From Chloroflexota bacterium (GTDB taxonomy: Bacteria; Chloroflexota; Dehalococcoidia; Lucifugimonadales; Lucifugimonadaceae): DNA of 64,000 nucleotides. Shown here piece after piece: positions 29,928-39,399 of this stretch. The DNA lies in NCBI GenBank assembly GCA_002719295.1, contig PBHC01000009.1:1-64000 (forward strand), read 5' to 3'. The notes under the pieces were generated by a model, which made no database searches, had not been told where the DNA came from, and was given only the letters and a program-made list of their open reading frames with translations. The first letter of the stretch is position 1. Each line of letters begins with the position of its first letter. A program made the translations under genes and the position numbers.

Positions 29928-30693
29928 GTTTTTTTTTGCATATGAAAATCATCTCTTCAGAAAATTCATTAAATGAATCTAAATTATAATTGCCATATAA
30001 ACTTATAATTTCAAAATTTAATTCATCACTGAGTCTTATAACATCTTCTAAATATAAAAAGTACTCGTGAGATTTAAGTTTTATCTTGTTGTCGTTTTTT
30101 TCTAAAATTTGAAAATTACTATGTAATTTTTTTTCTATATCTATATTGCTTTTACTATATAAATTGTAATTGTCATTATTGATTTTTTTTGTTCCTAATA
30201 GGCCATAATTATCACTTTTCAGATAGTTATTTGGATTATGTAAATCAAAAATCAGAACCCCATCTTTAGCAAGGTGTTTTAGTCCTGAGCACAGAGCCTT
30301 AATTTGCATTTCTTCATCTCCTACGCTCATTAATGAATGAGAAGGATAAATTACTAGATCATATTTTTTATTTGAAATTGAATCTTTTTCTTTTATGTCT
30401 AATCTGGTCATATCTTCTTTTATCAAGAACACGTTTTCTTTAAGAGGTTGTAGAGGCTCAATCTTTTCTCTACATTTTTCAATCATGCCTTCAAATTTAT
30501 CTATCCCTGTCCATTGAACTTGAGTATTAATGAATTCTAATAATATTCTTCCTGTTCCAATCCCCATCTCTAAAACTTTATTAGACTCTTGAATATATTT
30601 TGCATATAGTTTTGAATCATTAGGAGGCATGATTTCGTATATTAAATCGTAATATTCTGCCCATTTGTCATAATCTGTTTTGTATTGAACCAT
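29917..30693 (-). CDS. Class I SAM-dependent methyltransferase
   Basis: AEYYD, VLEMGIGTGR, GID, DMT, HLAKDGVLIFD. Confidence 0.85.
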   Translation of the reverse strand: MVQYKTDYDKWAEYYDLIYEIMPPNDSKLYAKYIQESNKVLEMGIGTGRILLEFINTQVQWTGIDKFEGMIEKCREKIEPLQPLKENVFLIKEDMTRLDIKEKDSISNKKYDLVIYPSHSLMSVGDEEMQIKALCSGLKHLAKDGVLIFDLHNPNNYLKSDNYGLLGTKKINNDNYNLYSKSNIDIEKKLHSNFQILEKNDNKIKLKSHEYFLYLEDVIRLSDELNFEIISLYGNYNLDSFNEFSEEMIFICKKKHGQ

Positions 30694-30773
30694 TTTTTGA
30701 TAATTTAATATTTACTTTCATTAAATTTTAAATATAGTTACATAATATATAAATACTAGGAAATTTTTATTTC

Positions 30774-31940
30774 ATGAAACTATCCGATAGACAAAAAAGA
30801 CTAGGAACAGAAACAGCATTTGAAACCCTTGCTAAAGCTAAAAAACTTGAATCTATGGGTAAAAACATTGTTCACTTAGAAATAGGAGAACCTGATTTTG
30901 ATAGTCCAGAGCATGTGATAAATGCTGCAAAAAAAGCTTTAGATGATGGATTCACTCACTATGGCCCTTCCGCAGGACAACCTGAACTTAGAGAATCAAT
31001 TGCTATTCATCAAGGAGAATTTAATGGATATTCAATATCTCCAGATAATGTTATTGTTACTCCAGGAGGAAAACCTGTTATGTTTTTCTCTATTCTTGCT
31101 TTAGTAGAAGAAGGTGACGAAGTTATTTACCCTAATCCTGGATTCCCAATTTATGAATCAATGATTAATTATTCAGGAGCCAAAGCTGTTCCAATGAAAC
31201 TAGAGGAATCCAAAGATTTTAATGCAATAATTGATGATCTTGAAAAATTAATTACCAGCAGAACAAAATTAATGATCTTAAATTACCCAAATAATCCTTG
31301 CGGATCAGTGATGCAGAAAGAGGATTTACAAAGAATTTCAGATCTTGCTATAAAAAACGATATAGTTGTACTTTCTGATGAAATATATAAAGATATGTAT
31401 TATGAAGGTGAACATTACTCCATTTCAAATTTTGAAGGAATGAAAGAAAGAACTATTATTTTAGACGGTTTCTCTAAAAGTTATGCAATGACGGGGTGGA
31501 GATTAGGATACGGTATTTTCCCAGACTTTATGGTAGATGACGTTACAAAGTTGATGACTAATTCCGTTTCATGTACATCTGTTTTTAGTCAAATGGCTGC
31601 AATTGCAGCATTGGAAGGACCTAAAGATTTTACTAGAAATATGATGGAAAAATTTAGAATTAGAAGAAAAATTGTTCATGATGGTCTAAATTCTATTGAT
31701 GGTATTAATTGCAGAATGCCACTAGGGGCATTCTATGCCTTCCCAAATATTTCAGGTACAGGTCTATCAAGTTCAGAGTTTGCGGATAAAGCACTTAATG
31801 AATACGGTGTAGCTTTATTGTCTGGTACTGCGTTCGGGGAATTTGGAGATAATTATATAAGAATATCATTTGCCAACTCAGAAGATAATCTTTCAATAGC
31901 AATAGATAGATTATCAAATATGATTAGAGACTTAAGCTAA
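30774..31940 (+). CDS. PLP-dependent aminotransferase class I/II (aspartate aminotransferase-like)
   Basis: IGEPDF, NYPNNPCG, SDEIY, GFSKSYAMTGWRLGY. Confidence 0.93.
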   Translation: MKLSDRQKRLGTETAFETLAKAKKLESMGKNIVHLEIGEPDFDSPEHVINAAKKALDDGFTHYGPSAGQPELRESIAIHQGEFNGYSISPDNVIVTPGGKPVMFFSILALVEEGDEVIYPNPGFPIYESMINYSGAKAVPMKLEESKDFNAIIDDLEKLITSRTKLMILNYPNNPCGSVMQKEDLQRISDLAIKNDIVVLSDEIYKDMYYEGEHYSISNFEGMKERTIILDGFSKSYAMTGWRLGYGIFPDFMVDDVTKLMTNSVSCTSVFSQMAAIAALEGPKDFTRNMMEKFRIRRKIVHDGLNSIDGINCRMPLGAFYAFPNISGTGLSSSEFADKALNEYGVALLSGTAFGEFGDNYIRISFANSEDNLSIAIDRLSNMIRDLS

Positions 31941-32902
31941 CTAATTTCTAAAAAAATACCTTTCCCTCTAACTGTCTTAATAAGGTTTTGATTTTCAGTT
32001 ACACTGTTTGATTTGTCTCTTAATCTATGTATATGTAATCTCATTGCAGATTTATTTATTCCTATTTTATTAGGCCATAATACATTTTCTATTTCTTCAT
32101 AAGGAAGAACTTCACCATTTTTATCTACTAACTTTTTCATTATTAAGTATTCTGAATTAGATAAAGATATTTCTTTATTATTAAATTTTAATAATTCTAA
32201 ATTTTCATCTAATGCAAGACCTTTGATATTTTGTTCTTTTTTGTCAATGAGACTATTTTCAACAAATTCTTTGCTTTCAAAATTGCTCGCAGGAATTCCA
32301 CTTTTAGTCTTAATAAACAAGTTTGTGATAATCCATATGTTTTTTAAAAATTCATCAATGTTTTTTTCTATTTTATTTTCTAAGAAAATATATACACATC
32401 CAATAGTTTCAAAGCCTTCTATAATTGGGACAGAAATTACAGATTCAAAAGAAATTCCCTTAAACCATTTAGGAAATATATCATTTTCTTCATTATTTAT
32501 GATTTTTGAAGTACCTTCAATTCCAGTTATAATAGCTAGTGATTTATCATCCACATACTCTGTTTCTAGCTTTTCTAGATCAATATCATTGGAAGATGAT
32601 TTTGCTGAAGGCTTAAATGATCCGTCAGATTTATTCATTTCAGAATAAATAACAATTTTCGCATTAGTAATTAATCTTATTGATTCACACAACTTAATAT
32701 TTGTATTTTCATTTTTTGATAAAAATATTTCTATAGAATCAATAACTCTATTAGAAGCTGAATATTTTAAAATCATATTTTCTAAGTTTTGTTTTTCTTT
32801 AATTACTTTTTTATTTTTATTTATAGTGATAAATAGAGCAAGTAAAAGAATTAGAGTTGAAACTCCTAAGAAAACTATTAAGATTAAAATTTCTAGATTC
32901 AT
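31937..32902 (-). CDS. Membrane-anchored GAF-like + OmpR-type winged-helix transcription regulator
   Basis: N-terminal TM segment; SVISVPIIEGFETIGCV (GAF-like); LSNSEY...HIHRLRDK...IKTVRGKG (trans_reg_C). Confidence 0.7.
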   Translation of the reverse strand: MNLEILILIVFLGVSTLILLLALFITINKNKKVIKEKQNLENMILKYSASNRVIDSIEIFLSKNENTNIKLCESIRLITNAKIVIYSEMNKSDGSFKPSAKSSSNDIDLEKLETEYVDDKSLAIITGIEGTSKIINNEENDIFPKWFKGISFESVISVPIIEGFETIGCVYIFLENKIEKNIDEFLKNIWIITNLFIKTKSGIPASNFESKEFVENSLIDKKEQNIKGLALDENLELLKFNNKEISLSNSEYLIMKKLVDKNGEVLPYEEIENVLWPNKIGINKSAMRLHIHRLRDKSNSVTENQNLIKTVRGKGIFLEIS

Positions 32903-32949
32903 AATAAAATATATTTCTTATTCTATTGAATATTTTTAAATAATTCCCA

Positions 32950-33732
32950 TTATGACTTAATGTCTCTTTTGTTGAAAATATATAATCCAGTAAAAAAAGA
33001 GAGGATAATAATTATAAGTAACACTAAAAAATGTTTTAAATCAAATCCATTAACTATTACTCCATTACTATTGTAGAAATAGTGCAAAGAAATATATTTT
33101 AAAAAACTTAGAGAACTTACAGTTTTATATACTGAGTCAAGAACATATCCTAATATAGCAACTCCAGATCCAATGATTGCTGCAGTGGAATTTTTTGCAA
33201 AAATAGCTCCAGATAAAAAAGAGATAGACCCACAAGTTATTCCAAAAACAAATAATCCTAATGATCCATATAAAATATTAGTAAGATCTAAATTTATGTC
33301 ATAAATAATCACACCCAACTGAAGAGTTAATCCAATTACAGCGCTTAGGAGCATGATAAGAATAATCAAACCAAAGAATTTTTCTACGTAATATCTATTT
33401 CTTGATATTGATAATGTTAAAAATTGATCTATGGTTTTATTTTCTTCTTCTGATGCTATTAATGACGATCCTAAGGTGATTCCAAATGCCCCTACTATTA
33501 TTGGGCCAATAAGGTGCATAAACTCTCCATTAAGAAAACCAGCAGTAGACAAGTCATCTCCAAATCCTGCAATTATTTGTAATTGCTTTGGGAATAAATT
33601 TAGAATATCCCCAAAAGTTTCAGAAAATAAAGTCCATACATATAATAGAAAAAGTGTATAGAATATTGAAGCTGCGCTAAAAGTTAATATTTTTTTGCGA
33701 CTTTGTTTTAATGAATTAAGTAAGATATACAT
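32950..33732 (-). CDS. ABC-2 type exporter permease
   Basis: 6 TM segments; IASEEENKTIDQFLTLSISR; FNKRDI C-terminus. Confidence 0.88.
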   Translation of the reverse strand: MYILLNSLKQSRKKILTFSAASIFYTLFLLYVWTLFSETFGDILNLFPKQLQIIAGFGDDLSTAGFLNGEFMHLIGPIIVGAFGITLGSSLIASEEENKTIDQFLTLSISRNRYYVEKFFGLIILIMLLSAVIGLTLQLGVIIYDINLDLTNILYGSLGLFVFGITCGSISFLSGAIFAKNSTAAIIGSGVAILGYVLDSVYKTVSSLSFLKYISLHYFYNSNGVIVNGFDLKHFLVLLIIIILSFFTGLYIFNKRDIKS

Positions 33733-33733
33733 G

Positions 33734-34600
33734 CTAAAAATATTCCATTAGAGTATCACTTAAGTTTGAAGATTCAGTTTCAATGTCTAATATTTTGTAA
33801 TTAGAAATAAATTTAATGAAATCATCCATTTCTCCAGAAATCATAAATGAAATCTGATCATTATTTACTGAAAAGTTCTTAATAAACTTAAGCTTTTCTA
33901 GCTCTGCTACTTCCGGAAAATCAATAAAAGTAACTTTTATTAATTTAAGTGATTTTTTTTCTATTTCATTTTTACTTTGTGAAGCTACTACATTACCTTC
34001 TTTCATAATTGTTACAAAATCACAACAATTTGAAATTTCTAGTAAATCATGTGATGATAATAAAATTGTTTTTCCTTTAGCTTTTTCTTCAAAAATCAAA
34101 TCTCTGAATTCTCTTTGAAAGTTAGGGTCAAGCCCACTAGTAGGTTCGTCTAAAATAAGTAGTTTTGGATCTTTCATGAATGCTTGAATTATTCCTACCT
34201 TTTGCTTATTTCCTTTAGATAGCTCTTTTATTTTTTTATTAAGGTTTAATTTAAATCTTTGAGATAAGTCTTCGTATAAATTAGAAGGATTATTTTCTAA
34301 ACTCAAAATATACTTAAAATACTGTAAAGGAGTAAAGTTTTCATAAGGCTTAAAATCGCCCGCTAGATAAGAGAGCCCTTTTCTGATTTTAAAGTTATCT
34401 TTTGTTACTTTTTGTTTTGAAATCCACATATTTCCAGAATCAGGATAAGTAAGATTTAGTAAACATCTCATAGTGGTGGTTTTGCCAGCGCCATTTTCAC
34501 CTAAAAGTCCATGAATTGTGCCTTCTGAAACCTCAAAGCTTATTTTATTTAAGGCTGTAAAGTCTCCATATTTTTTTTCTAGATTATCTACTTTTATCAT
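33734..34600 (-). CDS. ABC exporter ATP-binding protein
   Basis: GENGAGKTT, LSKGNKQK, LILDEPTSGLD, SSH. Confidence 0.93.
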   Translation of the reverse strand: MIKVDNLEKKYGDFTALNKISFEVSEGTIHGLLGENGAGKTTTMRCLLNLTYPDSGNMWISKQKVTKDNFKIRKGLSYLAGDFKPYENFTPLQYFKYILSLENNPSNLYEDLSQRFKLNLNKKIKELSKGNKQKVGIIQAFMKDPKLLILDEPTSGLDPNFQREFRDLIFEEKAKGKTILLSSHDLLEISNCCDFVTIMKEGNVVASQSKNEIEKKSLKLIKVTFIDFPEVAELEKLKFIKNFSVNNDQISFMISGEMDDFIKFISNYKILDIETESSNLSDTLMEYF

Positions 34601-34635
34601 TATTGAGCATATGAATTTAATGCCTCTTCATTAAA

Positions 34636-35355
34636 TTATGCATTGCTAAATACTTTTTGTACATCGTCTAATTCTTCAAGGTCATCTAATAATCTTAATG
34701 TTTTGTTAGTTTGATCTTTATCTAAAGATACTGTTGAATTTGGAACAAGGGCTATTTCAGCTTTTTCAAGTGTTATAGATTCTTTGATAGATATTTTTTT
34801 TTGGATTGAAGATAGATCTGAATATTGGCATGTAATTTCGACGGTATTATCAAAGACATCAAAATCTTCAGCTCCATCATCTATACTTTCTAAAGCAATC
34901 ATCTCAGGGTCTCCATCTGTTACGTTTATAACAATTTGCCCTTTTTGTTCAAAGTTCCATGAAACTGCTCCAGTAGAAGCAAAAGTCCCACCAGCTCTCG
35001 TTATAGTAGATCTAACTGTTGCAGCAGATCTATTTTTATTATCAGTTAATGTCTGTATTATTATTCCTACCCCACCAGGTCCTATACCTTCATAGGTAAT
35101 TTCTTCAAATGAATCATCAGCAGCACCTGCCCCTGATCCCTTGGCAATTGCTCTTTCAATGTTGTCCTTAGGCATATTCTGAGATTTAGCATTATCAATT
35201 GCTAATCTTAGTCTGAAATTCAACTCGGGATCTGAATCTCCTGATTTAGCCGCAACTGTAATTTCTCTTGATAATTTAGTGAATAAAACACCTTTTTTAG
35301 CATCGAGAATGCCTTTTTTATGTTTTATCGTACTCCATTTTGAATGCCCAGACAT
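34636..35355 (-). CDS. yebC: YebC/PmpR family protein (probably prematurely stopped; natural stop likely at 34600-34602)
   Basis: MSGHSKWSTIKHKK, YEGIGPGG, TDNKNR, LEELDDVQKVFSN. Confidence 0.95.
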   Translation of the reverse strand: MSGHSKWSTIKHKKGILDAKKGVLFTKLSREITVAAKSGDSDPELNFRLRLAIDNAKSQNMPKDNIERAIAKGSGAGAADDSFEEITYEGIGPGGVGIIIQTLTDNKNRSAATVRSTITRAGGTFASTGAVSWNFEQKGQIVINVTDGDPEMIALESIDDGAEDFDVFDNTVEITCQYSDLSSIQKKISIKESITLEKAEIALVPNSTVSLDKDQTNKTLRLLDDLEELDDVQKVFSNA

Positions 35356-35610
35356 TTATAGTATCTCTAAAATATATCTACTTTTATCTTTTGTAGATGC
35401 TAGTTTTAAAACGTTTCTTATAGATTTAGCAATTTTCCCATTTTTTCCTATGATTTTCCCTTTATCATTTTCATCAACGGTTAATTTGAGAATAACTTTA
35501 TTTTCTTCTTCTACGGTTTCTATTTTTATTTCATCAGTATTTTCAACTAGATTGCTTGCTATATACTTTACTAATTCCTCTGGAGATTGAGGTTCTTGAT
35601 TTTCTGCCAT
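35356..35610 (-). CDS. khpA: KH-domain RNA-binding protein
   Basis: DKGKIIGKNGKIAKSIR; follows rpsP. Confidence 0.88.
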   Translation of the reverse strand: MAENQEPQSPEELVKYIASNLVENTDEIKIETVEEENKVILKLTVDENDKGKIIGKNGKIAKSIRNVLKLASTKDKSRYILEIL

Positions 35611-35621
35611 TTAATTACCTT

Positions 35622-35867
35622 TTATTTTACTTCTATACCTTTTGTTTTCATAAGACTACTCACAGAATCAGATGGTTGTGCACCATTTGAAATCCATTTA
35701 TTAATCTTTTCCTCATCAATACTTATTTCTGGAGGATCTTGAAGGGGATCATATGTTCCAATTAGATCGATATATTTTCCGTTTCTAGGAGCTCTTTGGT
35801 CAGCTACAACTATTCTATAAAAAGGTTTCCCCTTGCTACCAATTCTTCTTAATCTTATTCTTACCAT
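35622..35867 (-). CDS. rpsP: 30S ribosomal protein S16
   Basis: MVRIRLRRIG, PFYRIVVAD, GTYDP, GAQPSDSV; ATG at 35867. Confidence 0.97.
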   Translation of the reverse strand: MVRIRLRRIGSKGKPFYRIVVADQRAPRNGKYIDLIGTYDPLQDPPEISIDEEKINKWISNGAQPSDSVSSLMKTKGIEVK

Positions 35868-35917
35868 TAATTTTTTACCTTGCTTTCTCAAAAGAGATTT
35901 TTATTGATATTTGAATT

Positions 35918-36358
35918 TTACTCTACTATTTTATCATTTATCCATATAGTTCCATCATCAAAAAATTCCTTTTTCCATATAGGAACTGTTTTTTTTAGCT
36001 CATCAACAAAATATTGTGATGCTTCAAATGATTCTTTTCTATGCTTAGACTTTACAGTTAGAATCATACTCAGCTCAGATGGTAATACTTCCCCAAGCCT
36101 GTGTATAACTTTAATGAAACTTATTTCCCATTTATTAAAAATCTTATTTATTATTTTTTCAATTTCAATAATTGCCATATCTTTGTATGATTCATAGAAC
36201 AATTTGGTAACATTTCTTTCAAAATTATTGTCTCTGGTTATTCCTAAAAATATAACCTCAGAACCATCAGAAGATCCAAATTCTTCATTTATAAAATTAT
36301 TTACTTCAAGTTTTTCTTCAGTAAGTTTTATTTGATATTTATTATTTGATTCTTTCAT
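35918..36358 (-). CDS. moaE: Molybdopterin synthase catalytic subunit
   Basis: FLGITRD, YESY, HRLG, HRKESF, LKKTVPIWKKE. Confidence 0.92.
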   Translation of the reverse strand: MKESNNKYQIKLTEEKLEVNNFINEEFGSSDGSEVIFLGITRDNNFERNVTKLFYESYKDMAIIEIEKIINKIFNKWEISFIKVIHRLGEVLPSELSMILTVKSKHRKESFEASQYFVDELKKTVPIWKKEFFDDGTIWINDKIVE

Positions 36359-36609
36359 AACATGCCCCCACTTACAGGAGGAATAATTGCTAACTCATCG
36401 TTATCATTTAAAATTTCAGATGTTTTGCAGTACTCTAGATTTTTAGCATACAAATAATTTTTTCTACTATTTATGTCTATCCCAAAATCTTTAGAAATAA
36501 TTTCTAAAACTCCTGATACTTTAGTAGGAGATTTTAATAATAATTCAATTTTATTATGTCCAATATCTTCCTTGATTTTGGCAAAGAATTTAATTGTTAT
36601 TTTAATCAT
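36355..36609 (-). CDS. moaD: MoaD/ThiS sulfur carrier ending GG-ML
   Basis: IKFFA, DELAIIPPVSGG followed by ML-stop. Confidence 0.88.
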   Translation of the reverse strand: MIKITIKFFAKIKEDIGHNKIELLLKSPTKVSGVLEIISKDFGIDINSRKNYLYAKNLEYCKTSEILNDNDELAIIPPVSGGML

Positions 36610-36670
36610 TTTGAAAGCTTATATTTTTGATACACTAATTAGTATAATTTTTTTTATATATTAATTATAA

Positions 36671-36758
36671 GGGGAGATCGCATAGAGGCCTAGTGCACCC
36701 GCCTGCTAAGTGGGAGGGGTTTTACCCCACGCGGGTTCGAATCCCGCTCTCCCCGCCA
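36671..36758 (+). tRNA. tRNA-Ser(GCU)
   Basis: GGGGAGA/TCTCCCC acceptor stem + GCCA, anticodon arm CCCGC-CTGCTAA-GTGGG, long variable arm GGGG-TTTTA-CCCC, GGTTCGAATCC T-loop. Confidence 0.95.
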
Positions 36759-36770
36759 TATAATATAAAC

Positions 36771-38066
36771 ATGACAACTAAAACTAAAACAACAGATAAG
36801 TTTCATATTTGGACAGTAGGTTGCCAAATGAATGTAGCTGACTCACAAAGAGTTGATGTAGGTCTAAAACGACTTGGATTAAATGAAGAAAAAAACATTG
36901 AGGAAGCAGATATTGTAGTATTAAATACTTGTGTAGTTCGACAATCTGCTGAAGATACTGCTACAGGACTTTTAGGAAGACTTGCAAAGCAGAAAAAAAG
37001 AAAATCTACTTTTATATGTGTTACTGGTTGTATGGTTGAAGCTACTACTAAAACTTTGGCTGAAAGATTTCCTCAAGTAGATCTATGGGCTAAGCCTCAG
37101 GACACTCCAAAAATTATAGAAAACATTGCTGATTTTTTAAACTTGTCATCTGATGGATGTGTAGAAAATCTTATTCCTGAAAAATCTAAGTATGCAGAAT
37201 TTGTACCAATTGTTCAAGGATGCGATAAGTTTTGTACATTTTGTGTTATTCCTTATCGAAGAGGGAGAGAAACTAGTAAACCTTTAGAACAAATTTCTAA
37301 AGAAATAAAACAACTTGTTGATAATGGAACTAAAGAAGTGACATTGCTGGGGCAAAATGTAGACTCATATGGGCACGATTTAACTCCTAAAATGGATTTG
37401 TCTGACTTAATGCATAACATTCATGATATCTCAAATCTTATGAGGATTAGATTTCTCACATCTCATCCTAATGATATGTCTATTAAATTGATAAACACAA
37501 TAAATGAATTGCCAAAAGTATGCAAATGCATAAATTTACCTTTTCAAGCTGGATCAAACAGAATTTTAGCAAACATGAGAAGAGGATACACAAGAGATCA
37601 ATTTCTTAAAAAAATAGATCAAATAAGACAAATTATTCCAGATGTTACATTAACTACTGATCTTATTGTAGGTTTCCCTGGTGAAACAGAATCAGATTTT
37701 GAAGATTCTATGGATTTACTTAACAGAGTAAATTTTGATAAAGTTCACGTAGCCGCATACTCAGAAAGAAAAGGAACATTTGCATTCAGACAAATCCAAG
37801 ATGATATTCCGATAAACATCAAACGAGAAAGACTAAATGAAGTAAATAAATTACAAGATTCTATACAAAATAACCTTAACTCTAAATATTTACATAAATC
37901 TTGTGAGGTGTTGATTGAAGGTAAAAATAGAGATAAATACTATGGAAGAACTGAAGGGGACAAATTAGTTTATGTTGAAAATTTAAGCCAAAGTTTTATA
38001 GGAAAAATAATAAAAACAAAAATTATTGACTTTTCACCGTACTCACTTGTTGCTGAAAAAAATTAA
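36771..38066 (+). CDS. miaB: tRNA-2-methylthio-N6-dimethylallyladenosine synthase
   Basis: GCQMN, NTCVVR, TGC, radical-SAM CDKFCTFC, LLGQNV, SHP, IVGFPGET, TRAM tail; real ATG at 36771 after the tRNA. Confidence 0.93.
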   Translation: MTTKTKTTDKFHIWTVGCQMNVADSQRVDVGLKRLGLNEEKNIEEADIVVLNTCVVRQSAEDTATGLLGRLAKQKKRKSTFICVTGCMVEATTKTLAERFPQVDLWAKPQDTPKIIENIADFLNLSSDGCVENLIPEKSKYAEFVPIVQGCDKFCTFCVIPYRRGRETSKPLEQISKEIKQLVDNGTKEVTLLGQNVDSYGHDLTPKMDLSDLMHNIHDISNLMRIRFLTSHPNDMSIKLINTINELPKVCKCINLPFQAGSNRILANMRRGYTRDQFLKKIDQIRQIIPDVTLTTDLIVGFPGETESDFEDSMDLLNRVNFDKVHVAAYSERKGTFAFRQIQDDIPINIKRERLNEVNKLQDSIQNNLNSKYLHKSCEVLIEGKNRDKYYGRTEGDKLVYVENLSQSFIGKIIKTKIIDFSPYSLVAEKN

Positions 38067-38164
38067 ATAATTATATAAAATTAAGTTAAGACTTTGATTT
38101 TTTGAGAAAAATTTATAAAATGGTTTATTAATTTCTTCTATTCTTTTTAGGAGAAAAATAAAAA

Positions 38165-39388
38165 ATGGTAATCAAACATCAAAATAAAATAAAAATTCCA
38201 GTAACTGAATTAGAGCAGTCTGCATTCTGTCAGGATGGGTCTAATTTTAGGACTAAAACTCTTGAACAGGAGTTTAAAGCTGGAGTCAGGTGGCAAAAGA
38301 TTCCTACCAGATATCTTAAGTTAAAACCTGATGAAATAAAATCTTCAATAAGAGAATTAAAGAAATCATTAGGTAGCAAAGTAATGATTTTAGGTCATCA
38401 TTATCAGAGGGAAGATGTTATTGAATTTTCAGATTTACAAGGAGATTCATTTTTACTTTCAAAACTAGCAGCAGAAGCTAGGGAAGCAGAAGTGATAATT
38501 TTCTGTGGCGTTCATTTTATGGCTGAGACTGCTGAAATATTATCATCTAATAAACAAAAAGTGATATTGCCAAATATGGCCGCAGGTTGTTCAATGGCTG
38601 ACATGGCATCAACAGAAGATGTTAAGAGATGTTGGAACGAATTAGAAAATATTTTTGAATCAAAAAATAAAAAACAATCTGTTATTCCAGTTACCTATAT
38701 GAATAGTACTGCATCAATAAAATCTTTATGTGGACAAAATAATGGTATTGTTTGCACATCTTCAAATGCAAAACAAGCATTTGATTGGGCTTTTGAAAGA
38801 GGCGAACGTATATTATTTGTTCCTGACCAACATCTAGGAAGAAATACAGCAAAAGACTATGGAATCAAAGAGTCTGAAATGGTTATATGGAATCCTTACA
38901 AAAAAAATGGTGGTTTAGAAGTAGATGAAATTATTAATTCAAAAATTATTTTATGGAAAGGGCATTGCTCTGTTCATACAAGATTTTCTGTACAACAAAT
39001 TGAAGATGCTAAGATAAAGAATCCAGATGTAAACATATTGGTTCACCCTGAATGTACTAATGAAGTTGTATCGAAAGCTGATTATGTTGGATCTACAGAA
39101 TATATTAAAAATGTTGTACATGAAGCTAAACCTGGAACATCATGGGCCATTGGAACTGAAATCAATTTAGTTAAGCGTTTGGCTCATACTTATACTGATA
39201 AAAATGTTTTTTGCCTAGATGAGATGGTTTGTCCTTGTGCTACCATGTATAGAGTTCACCCTGCTTATCTTCTATGGGTATTAGAAGGCCTTGTAGCTGG
39301 ATTTATGATCAATCAAATCACTGTTGATGATAAAGATCAAGAGTTTTCTAAACTTAGTCTTCAAAGAATGTTGGACTTACCAAAATAA
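38165..39388 (+). CDS. nadA: Quinolinate synthase (Bacillus-type NadA)
   Basis: GHHYQR, FCGVHFMAET, AGCSMADMA, CTSSNA, GHCSVH, HPEC, CPCATM. Confidence 0.95.
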   Translation: MVIKHQNKIKIPVTELEQSAFCQDGSNFRTKTLEQEFKAGVRWQKIPTRYLKLKPDEIKSSIRELKKSLGSKVMILGHHYQREDVIEFSDLQGDSFLLSKLAAEAREAEVIIFCGVHFMAETAEILSSNKQKVILPNMAAGCSMADMASTEDVKRCWNELENIFESKNKKQSVIPVTYMNSTASIKSLCGQNNGIVCTSSNAKQAFDWAFERGERILFVPDQHLGRNTAKDYGIKESEMVIWNPYKKNGGLEVDEIINSKIILWKGHCSVHTRFSVQQIEDAKIKNPDVNILVHPECTNEVVSKADYVGSTEYIKNVVHEAKPGTSWAIGTEINLVKRLAHTYTDKNVFCLDEMVCPCATMYRVHPAYLLWVLEGLVAGFMINQITVDDKDQEFSKLSLQRMLDLPK

Positions 39389-39399
39389 AAGGCAAAATT

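Noticed and set aside
36671..36758. Long-variable-arm tRNA as a possible tRNA-Sec (selA is in the window)
   Set aside because: The anticodon is GCT and the acceptor stem is 7 bp, so it is an ordinary tRNA-Ser
36693..36770. N-terminal 26 aa of the miaB ORF in the track
   Set aside because: It overlaps the tRNA-Ser gene; the real start is ATG 36771
38067..38164. Riboswitch or repressor site upstream of nadA
   Set aside because: Only AT-rich sequence with a possible TTGATT-16-TAAAAT promoter; no convincing structure or palindrome
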